64,000 nucleotides of DNA, from the IMG/VR virus record IMGVR_UViG_2919367315_000003, positions 30,134 to 94,133 of that record; one strand, written 5' to 3'. Below, in pieces: positions 49,162-57,719 of the stretch (position 1 is its first letter; the number at the start of each line of letters is the position of its first letter). Made by a program: the position numbers and the translations under genes. The notes under the pieces are model-generated. The model was not told the origin of the DNA, did not search any database, and saw nothing but the letters and a program-made list of their open reading frames with translations. The DNA comes from a virus (Duplodnaviria; Heunggongvirae; Uroviricota; Caudoviricetes).

Positions 49162-49401
49162 ATGAACCCACAAGCAATGCAAGAAGCTATGACATTGATG
49201 GAAAAGGCAAGGAAGTATGACGAATTAATCGCTTTTCCAGAAAGAGACTATGAGTTGCGCTGTTCATTTTGTGGTAAGGGTCAATCTGAATTAGATAAAA
49301 TGGTGACAGCGAAGAACGTGTGTATTTGCAATGAATGTATTGGAGTATGCGTAGAAATTATTGCTGAAGATGAGAATGAAGGAGTCAGTACTAATGAATA
49401 G
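49162..49401 (+). CDS. Stand-alone ClpX C4-type zinc-finger protein
   Basis: CSFCGKGQSELDKMVTAKNVCICNECIGVCVEII matches the ClpX N-terminal zinc-binding domain. Confidence 0.85.
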   Translation: MNPQAMQEAMTLMEKARKYDELIAFPERDYELRCSFCGKGQSELDKMVTAKNVCICNECIGVCVEIIAEDENEGVSTNE

Positions 49402-49486
49402 GCAGTGGTTTGTAAAAAGGATCATTCCTATAAGCGTAGTAATCTATGCGATTCTGTCAATTGGAATAGCGTTAATGTCGAAGTAA
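49394..49486 (+). CDS. 30-aa single-TM peptide
   Basis: Translated by hand: MNRQWFVKRIIPISVVIYAILSIGIALMSK; RBS AAGGAG. Confidence 0.45.
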   Translation: MNRQWFVKRIIPISVVIYAILSIGIALMSK

Positions 49487-49644
49487 TTCAGAATACATAG
49501 AACACCTAGTAAAAGCTTGAACAAAAAACGTTGATTCGTTTCATGAATATTAGCTCTTTACAGTTAGGAAAACTTATGAGCTAATAAGAGAAGTGATTCG
49601 TCGCAAGATTTGGTATACACACTACACTGATAAACAGCTTAGAG

Positions 49645-49938
49645 GTGAACAGCATGACTTTACATAAGTGCAAGAATGAATTTTGTTCAGGAAACATTGT
49701 ATCTGATTATAAAGAAGCTGAATATTGTCTTAAATGCTATATGGATATGTTGAAAATTCTTCCCTTGTTTCACATACCAGTTGGAATTATGCCATATAAA
49801 TCGGCAGAACAGATGAGAAATAACCCAAGTCAATGTAAGATGAAATTTTGTAAGAATAAGGCGCGGTTGAGAGGTAGATGTTTTAAGTGTTATATCGAGT
49901 TTACCAAAAAGCAAGAATCTGAGATGAAAAAGCTATAA
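49645..49938 (+). CDS. Cys-rich Zn-binding protein
   Basis: Two C-x4-C...CxxC units; RBS AGAGG. Confidence 0.55.
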   Translation: MNSMTLHKCKNEFCSGNIVSDYKEAEYCLKCYMDMLKILPLFHIPVGIMPYKSAEQMRNNPSQCKMKFCKNKARLRGRCFKCYIEFTKKQESEMKKL

Positions 49939-50092
49939 AAGATTAATTTGACCAAGATCGCTTAGGCGGTCTTTTTTTGTTTTTACTAAGACAAATAAAT
50001 ATAATGAAATAATTAAAAACATATATACAAATATAATCACATAATATATAATGAAGATATAGAAAAGAACTATAAATAAAGAGGTGACATTC

Positions 50093-50245
50093 ATGCACAA
50101 GGTAACTGTTTTTGAAAAGGTGCTGGACAAATTGGTGGCGAATACATATGACTTTAATGATAAAATTGAAATGGCTAAGTTTGTGGCTGCTTGCGAGGAA
50201 GACGGTGTGATGGTGGTCATGCACGGCCTAAACCAAACAGCATAG
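50093..50245 (+). CDS. Small hypothetical protein (50 aa)
   Basis: Translated by hand; RBS GAGGTG. Confidence 0.55.
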   Translation: MHKVTVFEKVLDKLVANTYDFNDKIEMAKFVAACEEDGVMVVMHGLNQTA

Positions 50246-50279
50246 TAAAACTATATTTGCTCTGAAAGGATGTTTAAAA

Positions 50280-50510
50280 ATGAAAATCAATATTCATGAA
50301 CTATTCCCACGGTTAGAAGAACAATACACCAGCGAAGGTGTTGAAAATATCAAAGAAGTCGCTAAAATAATTGAATTTATGACTAAAAATTTATCAGCCG
50401 ATGAAATAAATAATTTTCTTACTATAATGGACGGTGGTAATTATAGTATGGTTTATGATATGTTTCATTATCTTGAAAGACAGAAATCTAAAACAGTAGA
50501 TGAACTATAG
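50280..50510 (+). CDS. Hypothetical protein
   Basis: Flanked by direct repeat ATAGTAAAACTATATTT. Confidence 0.65.
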   Translation: MKINIHELFPRLEEQYTSEGVENIKEVAKIIEFMTKNLSADEINNFLTIMDGGNYSMVYDMFHYLERQKSKTVDEL

Positions 50511-50541
50511 TAAAACTATATTTTTATTGGGAGTTGAAAAA

Positions 50542-50718
50542 ATGAAATATTCTGAAGTAATAGTTCAACAAGGTATCATGTATGGTTGTCCCTGCGTTCT
50601 GTTCAAACATGACGAAGGCTTTGCTTGGTCTTATGGGCAGGATACAAAGGACCTCGGCAATATTTCAAGGGAAGCTGCCATTCAACGTTTTAACAGCAAC
50701 TTTGCTTTGGATATATAG
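50542..50718 (+). CDS. Hypothetical protein (start moved to ATG 50542)
   Basis: RBS GGGAG; junction motifs on both sides. Confidence 0.6.
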   Translation: MKYSEVIVQQGIMYGCPCVLFKHDEGFAWSYGQDTKDLGNISREAAIQRFNSNFALDI

Positions 50719-50760
50719 ATAAAATGATCCTTTTACTTAAATATAGATGGAGGTAATCGA

Positions 50761-51003
50761 ATGGAACTTTTCGGGATTCAAGTATTAGAATCCGATTGGA
50801 TAGACATCACTGAAGAGAGCATTCAATATAATGAGGTGAGTTTTCTTTTTAAATCTCTAATCAAGTACGATGGCATGACGGTTGAAATATTGAATGACTG
50901 GAGATTGAAGGTTTGGGACGATGAAGGAAAAGTTATTGATGAGTTTTATTTGATTGAAAATGATGAATTTAGAAAAGTGCTATATCAGAAGTATCCATTA
51001 TGA
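50761..51003 (+). CDS. Hypothetical protein
   Basis: RBS GGAGG. Confidence 0.65.
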   Translation: MELFGIQVLESDWIDITEESIQYNEVSFLFKSLIKYDGMTVEILNDWRLKVWDDEGKVIDEFYLIENDEFRKVLYQKYPL

Positions 51004-51191
51004 TTATGAAGGAGAGAAGTTTAATGCCTGTTTACAAAGTGAAATACTATAAGGAATGTGAACACATAATGGAAGTTGAGGCAAGTAGCGAAGAAGAGGC
51101 AATGCAGAAATATAGGAACTTCGATTGTATCAACGTTTACGAGGTTCAAGGCATATCTGAAGAAGTTATTTCAATTGAAAAATTTGAATGA
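51000..51191 (+). CDS. Small acidic phage protein
   Basis: YKVKYY...EVEASSEEEA motif. Confidence 0.6.
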   Translation: MIMKERSLMPVYKVKYYKECEHIMEVEASSEEEAMQKYRNFDCINVYEVQGISEEVISIEKFE

Positions 51192-51218
51192 ATTGAATAT
51201 TTTACGTAGAAATGAGGA

Positions 51219-51437
51219 TTGACGAATATGGATATCACTCGGGAATTAAAAGATCAGATTCGAAGCAGCTATATTGATATTAATGATATTGCACCCCATG
51301 AAGCGCAAATAGCAGCCATTATTAACTTGATTCCAGATAGGATAAAGACTCTGGCAGAAGAGTGGGGATGGAATGACACAGAAGTAAGGGATTTTATTTA
51401 TGTTTTAATTAGAGATAATAAAGAAAAGTTTCAGTAA
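51219..51437 (+). CDS. Hypothetical protein, paralog A
   Basis: Shares NLIP.RIK.LA.EWGWN.TEVRD.IYVLIRDNKE with the next gene. Confidence 0.7.
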   Translation: MTNMDITRELKDQIRSSYIDINDIAPHEAQIAAIINLIPDRIKTLAEEWGWNDTEVRDFIYVLIRDNKEKFQ

Positions 51438-51467
51438 ATAGATTATTTCATGAGGAGATAATAGCTT

Positions 51468-51677
51468 ATGGACGATATTCAAGAAATGCGAGACCAGATT
51501 TTAAGCAGTTTTAACGACATTTACGATAAAGAACCAACAGAAGAACAAGTAGCATTTATTTTTAACTTAATTCCTCAGCGCATTAAGTTGTTAGCCGATG
51601 AATGGGGATGGAATGAGACAGAAGTTAGGGATTATATCTATGTCTTAATTAGAGACAATAAAGAAATGCCCCAATAA
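51468..51677 (+). CDS. Hypothetical protein, paralog B
   Basis: Tandem duplicate of 51219-51437. Confidence 0.7.
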   Translation: MDDIQEMRDQILSSFNDIYDKEPTEEQVAFIFNLIPQRIKLLADEWGWNETEVRDYIYVLIRDNKEMPQ

Positions 51678-51707
51678 GAATATTTTTTATAAGGAGATGT
51701 TTGAACA

Positions 51708-51896
51708 ATGACGAAGCTTAATCTTAGCTCTACAAAAGCAACATTAAACAATGGAACTACTGAAGAAGTATGGAAACAAATTAACGATGAAGGCTGGAAA
51801 CTAATCTCTTCTCCTGATAGCAGATCAATTGGAAGTAAAATGAACAATAACAGTTTTGAAAAATACGTGGAGCGATTCAAGCAGAATTTAAGATAA
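51708..51896 (+). CDS. Hypothetical protein
   Basis: RBS AAGGAG; the stop codon is part of a junction motif. Confidence 0.65.
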   Translation: MTKLNLSSTKATLNNGTTEEVWKQINDEGWKLISSPDSRSIGSKMNNNSFEKYVERFKQNLR

Positions 51897-51935
51897 AAGG
51901 ATTCTTTTATGAGAATCAAAGGGGAGATGAGATAA

Positions 51936-52133
51936 ATGTCTATGTATTCACAAGTCAAGTTTAGTCTTAGAATGACAGAGAATAAGGTACTAAAAATTAA
52001 TAATGAATTTTCCAAACTGCCTAGATGTGGACATGATGATTTTATTACATTAAACGGCGATATTATTAATGCAAAAATAACATTGAACTATGGTCTTAAA
52101 ACATTGATTGAGTTTCTGAAGGAACTTGAGTAG
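51936..52133 (+). CDS. Hypothetical protein
   Basis: RBS GGGGAG. Confidence 0.6.
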   Translation: MSMYSQVKFSLRMTENKVLKINNEFSKLPRCGHDDFITLNGDIINAKITLNYGLKTLIEFLKELE

Positions 52134-52136
52134 CAA

Positions 52137-52397
52137 ATGATGTGCGATGAACTCACTTTCGTTGGATACTTTTCCTCAGAAGAAAGAAACATTGAACGAA
52201 CTAATCTATACCTTTTCAAGAATCGCTTATATTTGATCAAAAGCGAAAGCATTGATGGTTATGGGTACAGTGATACACAATATAAGATTATGGATTTACA
52301 TAATTCAACGATAGTTTATTCCCAAAGTGAGTTTGAAGAAGAAAAAGACAATATGTTTTTCGTTGAAAAATATATAGAAGATTCTAAAATACGATGA
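52137..52397 (+). CDS. Hypothetical protein
   Basis: Coupled ORF. Confidence 0.6.
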   Translation: MMCDELTFVGYFSSEERNIERTNLYLFKNRLYLIKSESIDGYGYSDTQYKIMDLHNSTIVYSQSEFEEEKDNMFFVEKYIEDSKIR

Positions 52398-52398
52398 A

Positions 52399-52761
52399 AT
52401 GAATAGGAGTAATCAGATGAGTAAATTTGATTTATGGGAACACGGAATTGATTCATGGACAGGGTATTTTATCATTGAGGCATTGAGTACAGTAGGTACA
52501 AACAGTCCATTATATCAAAGAGGGTACGATCCTTCATCTATGGAAGCAAAATTAATTATTAACGGTGTTGAGCTGCCTTTGGCTAAAACATTTGAGCATA
52601 TTGGTCAACAGTTCGAAGACATGGCAAAGAAGAGGGCAGAAGAAATATTGGAAGAAAAAATAGATATTGAGCTAATGGATTCGCTTCGTTCTGTATCTAG
52701 GTTAACTAATGACTTTGAAGAAGAACTGAAATTAAAAATAAATAAAATGGTCAATATATAA
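52399..52761 (+). CDS. Hypothetical protein
   Basis: RBS AGGAG for an internal ATG (MSKFDLWE). Confidence 0.6.
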   Translation: MNRSNQMSKFDLWEHGIDSWTGYFIIEALSTVGTNSPLYQRGYDPSSMEAKLIINGVELPLAKTFEHIGQQFEDMAKKRAEEILEEKIDIELMDSLRSVSRLTNDFEEELKLKINKMVNI

Positions 52762-52805
52762 TTCGGTTTAACTCATTATTCTAGGTTAAAAGGTGGAAGA
52801 TAAAG

Positions 52806-53030
52806 ATGATTGTGAATACAGGAAGAGTGTTAAAAGATGGTACATTAGTTGAATTAGGAGATAAATTACAAGGTAGCCAAACTCGTGAGGTTGTAGTTTT
52901 GTGGGACGAGGATAATGCTAATTATGGTGTTGAAGTTATTGGGAGATCGGATTTTTGGTGGGAATTAGATTATTACCTTAGTGCATGGAGCGATTTAAAG
53001 AAGACTGGCAATATTAATAAGAGACTGTAA
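52806..53030 (+). CDS. YopX-like C-terminal-domain protein (tentative)
   Basis: DGT.VELGDKL...VVLWDE pattern. Confidence 0.35.
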   Translation: MIVNTGRVLKDGTLVELGDKLQGSQTREVVVLWDEDNANYGVEVIGRSDFWWELDYYLSAWSDLKKTGNINKRL

Positions 53031-53074
53031 AAGAAGTATTTGATAACAAAAAAGAAGCGACCAAAAGTCGCAAC

Positions 53075-53329
53075 TTAATCAAAGTATTTATTAGCAAAAA
53101 TAATAGCTATACCAATCGCTAAGAAAATAAAAGCAAATGGAATAGACACAGTGTAGTCATTTAATGCTTGAACTAAATCTTTATTAAGCGAATTGCTAAT
53201 CTGAGAACCCATAAATTCTCGTGTATCTGGAGCAACCCTTAGCAGATGTTTGATGAAGTAAGCATAAATAGCATAAACGAAGGATAATGCGCTTAATCCA
53301 TAACCCAAATTTTTGATTTTTACTACCAT
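53075..53329 (-). CDS. Two-TM membrane protein in opposite orientation
   Basis: RBS AAAGG; hydrophobic termini; hairpin GCGAC-caaaa-GTCGC at its 3' end. Confidence 0.6.
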   Translation of the reverse strand: MVVKIKNLGYGLSALSFVYAIYAYFIKHLLRVAPDTREFMGSQISNSLNKDLVQALNDYTVSIPFAFIFLAIGIAIIFANKYFD

Positions 53330-53430
53330 TCTTATTTTCCTTTCTCAATTTAAGATTAATTTAATTATACTAATCTATTTGTATGATATGCAAATACTGG
53401 AATGTAATCAAGTAAGAAGGAGCGAAGAAT

Positions 53431-53826
53431 ATGAAGACTAGGGTTTTTACATGTTCTAACGGGACAGAGTTAATTGTTAAACATCGAAAATCAGCAGTGA
53501 TACTTGAAATGAATCAAAATCAAATAAATAATAAATATAATGTTACATATAATTTTGAACTTAGGGATTTCGTAGAGTTGTATAACTACATTAAAATGAT
53601 TGCGAATGAAGCTTGGACTAATTTATCTCCCAAGGAAGCTAACAGTTTAGGATCGGACTATTACGAATATTATGACAAAGAACTTGACACTAATGGCTAT
53701 CTTCGTATCGGTAAAAACACAATTTTTATAGATAGACCAGCATTAAATGGACTCAAACTTTATCTCTTCAATAAGAAGAAAATGGAGTCATTTATTTTTG
53801 ACTTTGAAAAGTTCGTTGTTTCCTAA
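53431..53826 (+). CDS. Hypothetical protein
   Basis: RBS AAGGAG. Confidence 0.65.
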   Translation: MKTRVFTCSNGTELIVKHRKSAVILEMNQNQINNKYNVTYNFELRDFVELYNYIKMIANEAWTNLSPKEANSLGSDYYEYYDKELDTNGYLRIGKNTIFIDRPALNGLKLYLFNKKKMESFIFDFEKFVVS

Positions 53827-53895
53827 CATTAAGAGTGGTTCTTATAAAATAAGTCTTTTAATAAATATAATTCATATAACAACGGAGGAATAACT

Positions 53896-54066
53896 ATGTT
53901 TACTGTGATCAATACAGAAACCAAACAATACCTTAGAGCAGATTGGGAAGAACATCGCGGTCAACTATATACTCATGACATTGATCTAGCTGCAAAGTTC
54001 GAAAGTTGGCACGATGCTGAAGATATTATAGAAGTAACAGAACAAGTAGTACCTTTGTTCGATTAA
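53896..54066 (+). CDS. Small hypothetical protein (56 aa)
   Basis: Translated by hand; RBS GGAGG. Confidence 0.6.
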   Translation: MFTVINTETKQYLRADWEEHRGQLYTHDIDLAAKFESWHDAEDIIEVTEQVVPLFD

Positions 54067-54076
54067 AAATAAAGGA

Positions 54077-54262
54077 GTGTTTAAAATGGATACATATATG
54101 ATCGTCGTAGACGGAAAAGTAAAAGAAGAAATCGAGACCGCTGGACGCTCCAAAGAAGCAATGAGTTATGTGTTAATTGATCGATTCTATCATTGGAAAG
54201 GTTTATCTGGTAATGTCAACATCTATAGCTCTTTGACAGGGAGTGAATATCGCTATGTTTAA
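54077..54262 (+). CDS. Hypothetical protein
   Basis: RBS AAGGAG. Confidence 0.6.
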   Translation: MFKMDTYMIVVDGKVKEEIETAGRSKEAMSYVLIDRFYHWKGLSGNVNIYSSLTGSEYRYV

Positions 54263-54521
54263 AGCTGGGGCATTAAAAGATAATAAGCTGTATGTTAGGA
54301 ATAATCAGGGCAAGTGGATTGAATTACATGAAGCAGCGAAACAATATGAACAGCACAGAAATTTGAAGCATGCATAATAAAGATAGTCATAATGTGGTCT
54401 TTTTAATAAACAAAAATAATGAATATATTGAATGACTAAAAGAGATGTGTTATGATTTATTTAACGATAGGTAAACATTGTAAAGGAACTAGTAACATAG
54501 TATTGTAGAGTTTGAAGAATA

Positions 54522-54704
54522 TTGCGCAGAGGTGATAACAGAATGAGTCAGGATAAAAAGAAGATATTCGTATACGACGAAGCAACTAAAAAGGAAATGG
54601 AAGTAGATGTTTCACGTATTGTCGCCTTTCAAGCTAGGACTATTAAAAGGAAGTCATTGTTGGTGGCTTTCATGGATGATGGCAATCAATACATTATGTT
54701 GTAG
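54522..54704 (+). CDS. Hypothetical protein (likely start MSQDKK)
   Basis: RBS GAGGTG; junction motif follows the stop. Confidence 0.6.
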   Translation: MRRGDNRMSQDKKKIFVYDEATKKEMEVDVSRIVAFQARTIKRKSLLVAFMDDGNQYIML

Positions 54705-54729
54705 TAAAAGGTTTATTTTATAAAGAAAA

Positions 54730-55035
54730 GTGGTGAACGATGTGTCGGAGATGACTTTTAGTTTAGAAAGATATGTAATAAATGATATTTACGATAAAGA
54801 AACTATAATAAAGTATGTCATGACGATGACTGAACTTGAAGAAATAGATTTGTTACTACAACAGAATGAAAGGTACGTATTAATCAGCAAGTCACATGAG
54901 ATCGTAACTTTATCAGATCTGCCGACTGAATATTTGGACACATTACTTGAAAAGACATCTAAAGACCCCAAGAACGCTATGGTTTTAACTGAGATCCATC
55001 GTATTATCAACGCAAGACAAGATTCTATCAAATAA
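54730..55035 (+). CDS. Hypothetical protein
   Basis: ORF between junction motifs. Confidence 0.6.
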   Translation: MVNDVSEMTFSLERYVINDIYDKETIIKYVMTMTELEEIDLLLQQNERYVLISKSHEIVTLSDLPTEYLDTLLEKTSKDPKNAMVLTEIHRIINARQDSIK

Positions 55036-55059
55036 CTATTTTAGGGGGAAATAAGCCTA

Positions 55060-55248
55060 ATGAATCTGATTAATGAACAAATTGAATTGCTAATTAAATT
55101 AAACCAATCAGAAACAAAGAAGAACCAATCTCTTCAAAATATCTACGGTGACGAAATAATTGAAGGCTTGAAGGCTCTTGAATTAATTGAATTTGAACAA
55201 GTATTGCGCCTAACTGAGAAAGGAAAGTCTATTGTCAATGAAGCTTAA
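55060..55248 (+). CDS. Small winged-helix-like protein
   Basis: LKALELIE...LTEKGK motif. Confidence 0.5.
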   Translation: MNLINEQIELLIKLNQSETKKNQSLQNIYGDEIIEGLKALELIEFEQVLRLTEKGKSIVNEA

Positions 55249-55262
55249 AAGGGAGGATAAAT

Positions 55263-55550
55263 ATGTATACGGTCATAGTGGGATTCGATAATATTACAGA
55301 AGTGTATCAAGTTGAAAAATATAATGATGAGATTAAAAATGCAATCGAATATCTGAATACATATGGGGTCGATTCAATCGAGTTTGTATGTGAGGGTGAA
55401 ATTGTCGAGAATGTTTATCAATTATATTCAATTGAATATATGATTAATAGGTTTGAGAAAAGTGATTTCTTTGAAAATTATTGTGACTTAAGTGAAAAAC
55501 CATTGATGGAAAATTACAAAGAGTTACTAAGGAAAATGGCTGCAAGATAA
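55263..55550 (+). CDS. Hypothetical protein
   Basis: RBS GGGAGG. Confidence 0.65.
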   Translation: MYTVIVGFDNITEVYQVEKYNDEIKNAIEYLNTYGVDSIEFVCEGEIVENVYQLYSIEYMINRFEKSDFFENYCDLSEKPLMENYKELLRKMAAR

Positions 55551-55727
55551 TTTGTCTTACATAAAAAAAAGAAGAGGGAATATGGGTGTTGTGATCTTTA
55601 TGATGAATCTCAATCGCTTCTAGAGTGGCAAGATCCATTTCAATTAGGAACTACAAACTTTTTTCATTGAGCGTTAGCCTCCAAGGGTATATTAAAGTAT
55701 TTGTGTCGATAGAGAAGAGGAAAAGAA

Positions 55728-55955
55728 ATGGGAGATGTTTTTATGACAAGAGAAGATATAATAAATGATCGCATTAAGAATATCACACAGGAGGTAGAAT
55801 CAATTGATAAGAAAATAAAAGCAGAGGCTAAGAAGTTAATTGAATCCGTAACTCCAAAGAGCCTTGAAAAAATTGTTGAACTGAAATCAGAGAGAGAAAA
55901 ACTTGTTAAAGCACAATATGAACTATATGTAATTATCGGGACGAGCATAAATTGA
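55728..55955 (+). CDS. Coiled-coil hypothetical protein
   Basis: Heptad pattern; RBS. Confidence 0.6.
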   Translation: MGDVFMTREDIINDRIKNITQEVESIDKKIKAEAKKLIESVTPKSLEKIVELKSEREKLVKAQYELYVIIGTSIN

Positions 55956-55959
55956 TCAA

Positions 55960-56337
55960 ATGACTGTTTTATCACAATTTATAGAAGGAAGGTGTTTAGA
56001 TATGACAAAACATTTATGGGAAGTTGAGCATCCTTATTATTGCAATTTGAGCAATTATCGTACAAAAGGAGACGAAGGAGGTTACGAATATAGTTCGTTT
56101 GAAGAGTTTTTGAAAGAATGGGATGATGCCGATATGGATTACCATTTGCTCTTTAGATGGGATTGGAAAGTGTATGACGAAGGTAGCGATGAATTACATA
56201 TGTTTTGGATGCTTCAGCGGAGAGGCGATTATCAATACTGTACAGTTAAAGTAAACAAAGAGGATGAGGATAAAGTAAAAGAGTTCTTGCAGCCAAGATG
56301 GGAGTATATGAAGACATTATGGGAACCTTTTATTTAA
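55960..56337 (+). CDS. Hypothetical phage protein (likely start MTKHLWE)
   Basis: HLWEVEHPYYC...LLFRWDW conserved-looking phage motif. Confidence 0.6.
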   Translation: MTVLSQFIEGRCLDMTKHLWEVEHPYYCNLSNYRTKGDEGGYEYSSFEEFLKEWDDADMDYHLLFRWDWKVYDEGSDELHMFWMLQRRGDYQYCTVKVNKEDEDKVKEFLQPRWEYMKTLWEPFI

Positions 56338-56378
56338 ATCTCATGATGAAGAAGTGATTCATGTGAAGGAGCATTGCC

Positions 56379-56741
56379 ATGACAAATAAGATTAACCTCT
56401 ACGTAGACGACCTCAGAGACTGTCCAGATGGCTTTGTGGTCGCTCGTACATATTATGAAGCAATACATATATTTGAGACCAGAAGTGTCGGCATTCTTAC
56501 ATTAGACCATGATTTAGGCGAAGATGTTGATGGCAAAGAGTTGCCTAACGGATATGACTTGGTGAAGTACTTCTGTGAACATGGATTGAGGGCTAATAAT
56601 ATCTATTTACATACTGACAACCCAGTGGGACGCAAGAATATGTATGAGACTTTGTTAGCTGCTCAGCGAAGAGGATTTATCGATGAGGATATTGAAATTT
56701 ACCATTATCCTATAACCGTGAACAAGTATTCAGGAAATTGA
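56379..56741 (+). CDS. Cyclic-phosphate-processing receiver-domain protein
   Basis: LYVDDLRDCP...ILTLDHDLG...GYD...HTDNPVGR. Confidence 0.7.
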   Translation: MTNKINLYVDDLRDCPDGFVVARTYYEAIHIFETRSVGILTLDHDLGEDVDGKELPNGYDLVKYFCEHGLRANNIYLHTDNPVGRKNMYETLLAAQRRGFIDEDIEIYHYPITVNKYSGN

Positions 56742-56781
56742 TGAAAAACATTCTTTATCAAGACTGATGGGAGTGAATTAA

Positions 56782-57414
56782 ATGCTAAACATGGGATTAG
56801 CTGAAAACGGAGTAGATTCGTTTAAAGCTGCTTTTTTAACAATGAAAAAAATACAAGTGCTAGAAGACGGCATAGTACATAATTTAAAAGATGCTGTAAT
56901 GTCTCTAAATCATGGAATCGAAATACTATTTAAGCTGCTTTTGAAAAGTTATGATGAATATCTTATATTTGCAGACATTGATAAATATATGACGGCAAGA
57001 AAGACAATGATAGCAAAAGGTTTATCTAATGTCTTTGAGGCAAACCCACTTCTTAAAACTGTTACATTAAATGAGGGAATTAGACGAGCCAAGTATTTAT
57101 GTGACTATGAGATATCGGAAGATTTCGAAACAGTAGTTCAGTACTTAAACAAAATAAGAAATCAATTTATGCATTATGAAATAAGTCTCTCTGGCGAAGA
57201 GGTTGAGGAGCTTCTCTTACAATTACGAATAGGTTATGAGTTGACTTATGAATTTTTTGTTGAATACAATGAAGATCTTAAGGATTTGTTTGAGGATGCA
57301 AGATATGAAATTACCATAGATGATTACACTGACGAAATTGCTGAGATGCATCGGAGTTTAATGGAGGAAGAATTAGCTGAGCAGAGATACTTAGTAGAAA
57401 AATACGGGATTTAG
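56782..57414 (+). CDS. Putative HEPN-domain protein
   Basis: All-helical; AVMSLNHGIEILFK N-terminal motif and RNQFMH (RxxxxH). Confidence 0.55.
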   Translation: MLNMGLAENGVDSFKAAFLTMKKIQVLEDGIVHNLKDAVMSLNHGIEILFKLLLKSYDEYLIFADIDKYMTARKTMIAKGLSNVFEANPLLKTVTLNEGIRRAKYLCDYEISEDFETVVQYLNKIRNQFMHYEISLSGEEVEELLLQLRIGYELTYEFFVEYNEDLKDLFEDARYEITIDDYTDEIAEMHRSLMEEELAEQRYLVEKYGI

Positions 57415-57416
57415 AT

Positions 57417-57719
57417 ATGGTAAAAGGCATGTTTTATCCAATAACAAAGGGAGTTGGGCATGTGAATATTAAAACGATCTCTAAAGAAATTCGCCAGAAT
57501 CTTTATAATGTTGAATTGAGCGAAGAGGAAGTCGATGCTCTTTATCGTTACATCAATCTTGGTGATTATGGTATTGAATTAACTGAAGGAACAAATATCT
57601 TAGAGAAGGATACATTATGGTTAATAGTGGCTGAGCTTAACAACAAAAAGGATTTCCCCAATATACTTTATATCAATATCTTAGCCCATCTTAAGAAGCT
57701 TTTATATCCAATCGAATAG
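57417..57719 (+). CDS. Hypothetical protein
   Basis: ORF track; RBS AAGGGAG for an internal GTG. Confidence 0.55.
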   Translation: MVKGMFYPITKGVGHVNIKTISKEIRQNLYNVELSEEEVDALYRYINLGDYGIELTEGTNILEKDTLWLIVAELNNKKDFPNILYINILAHLKKLLYPIE

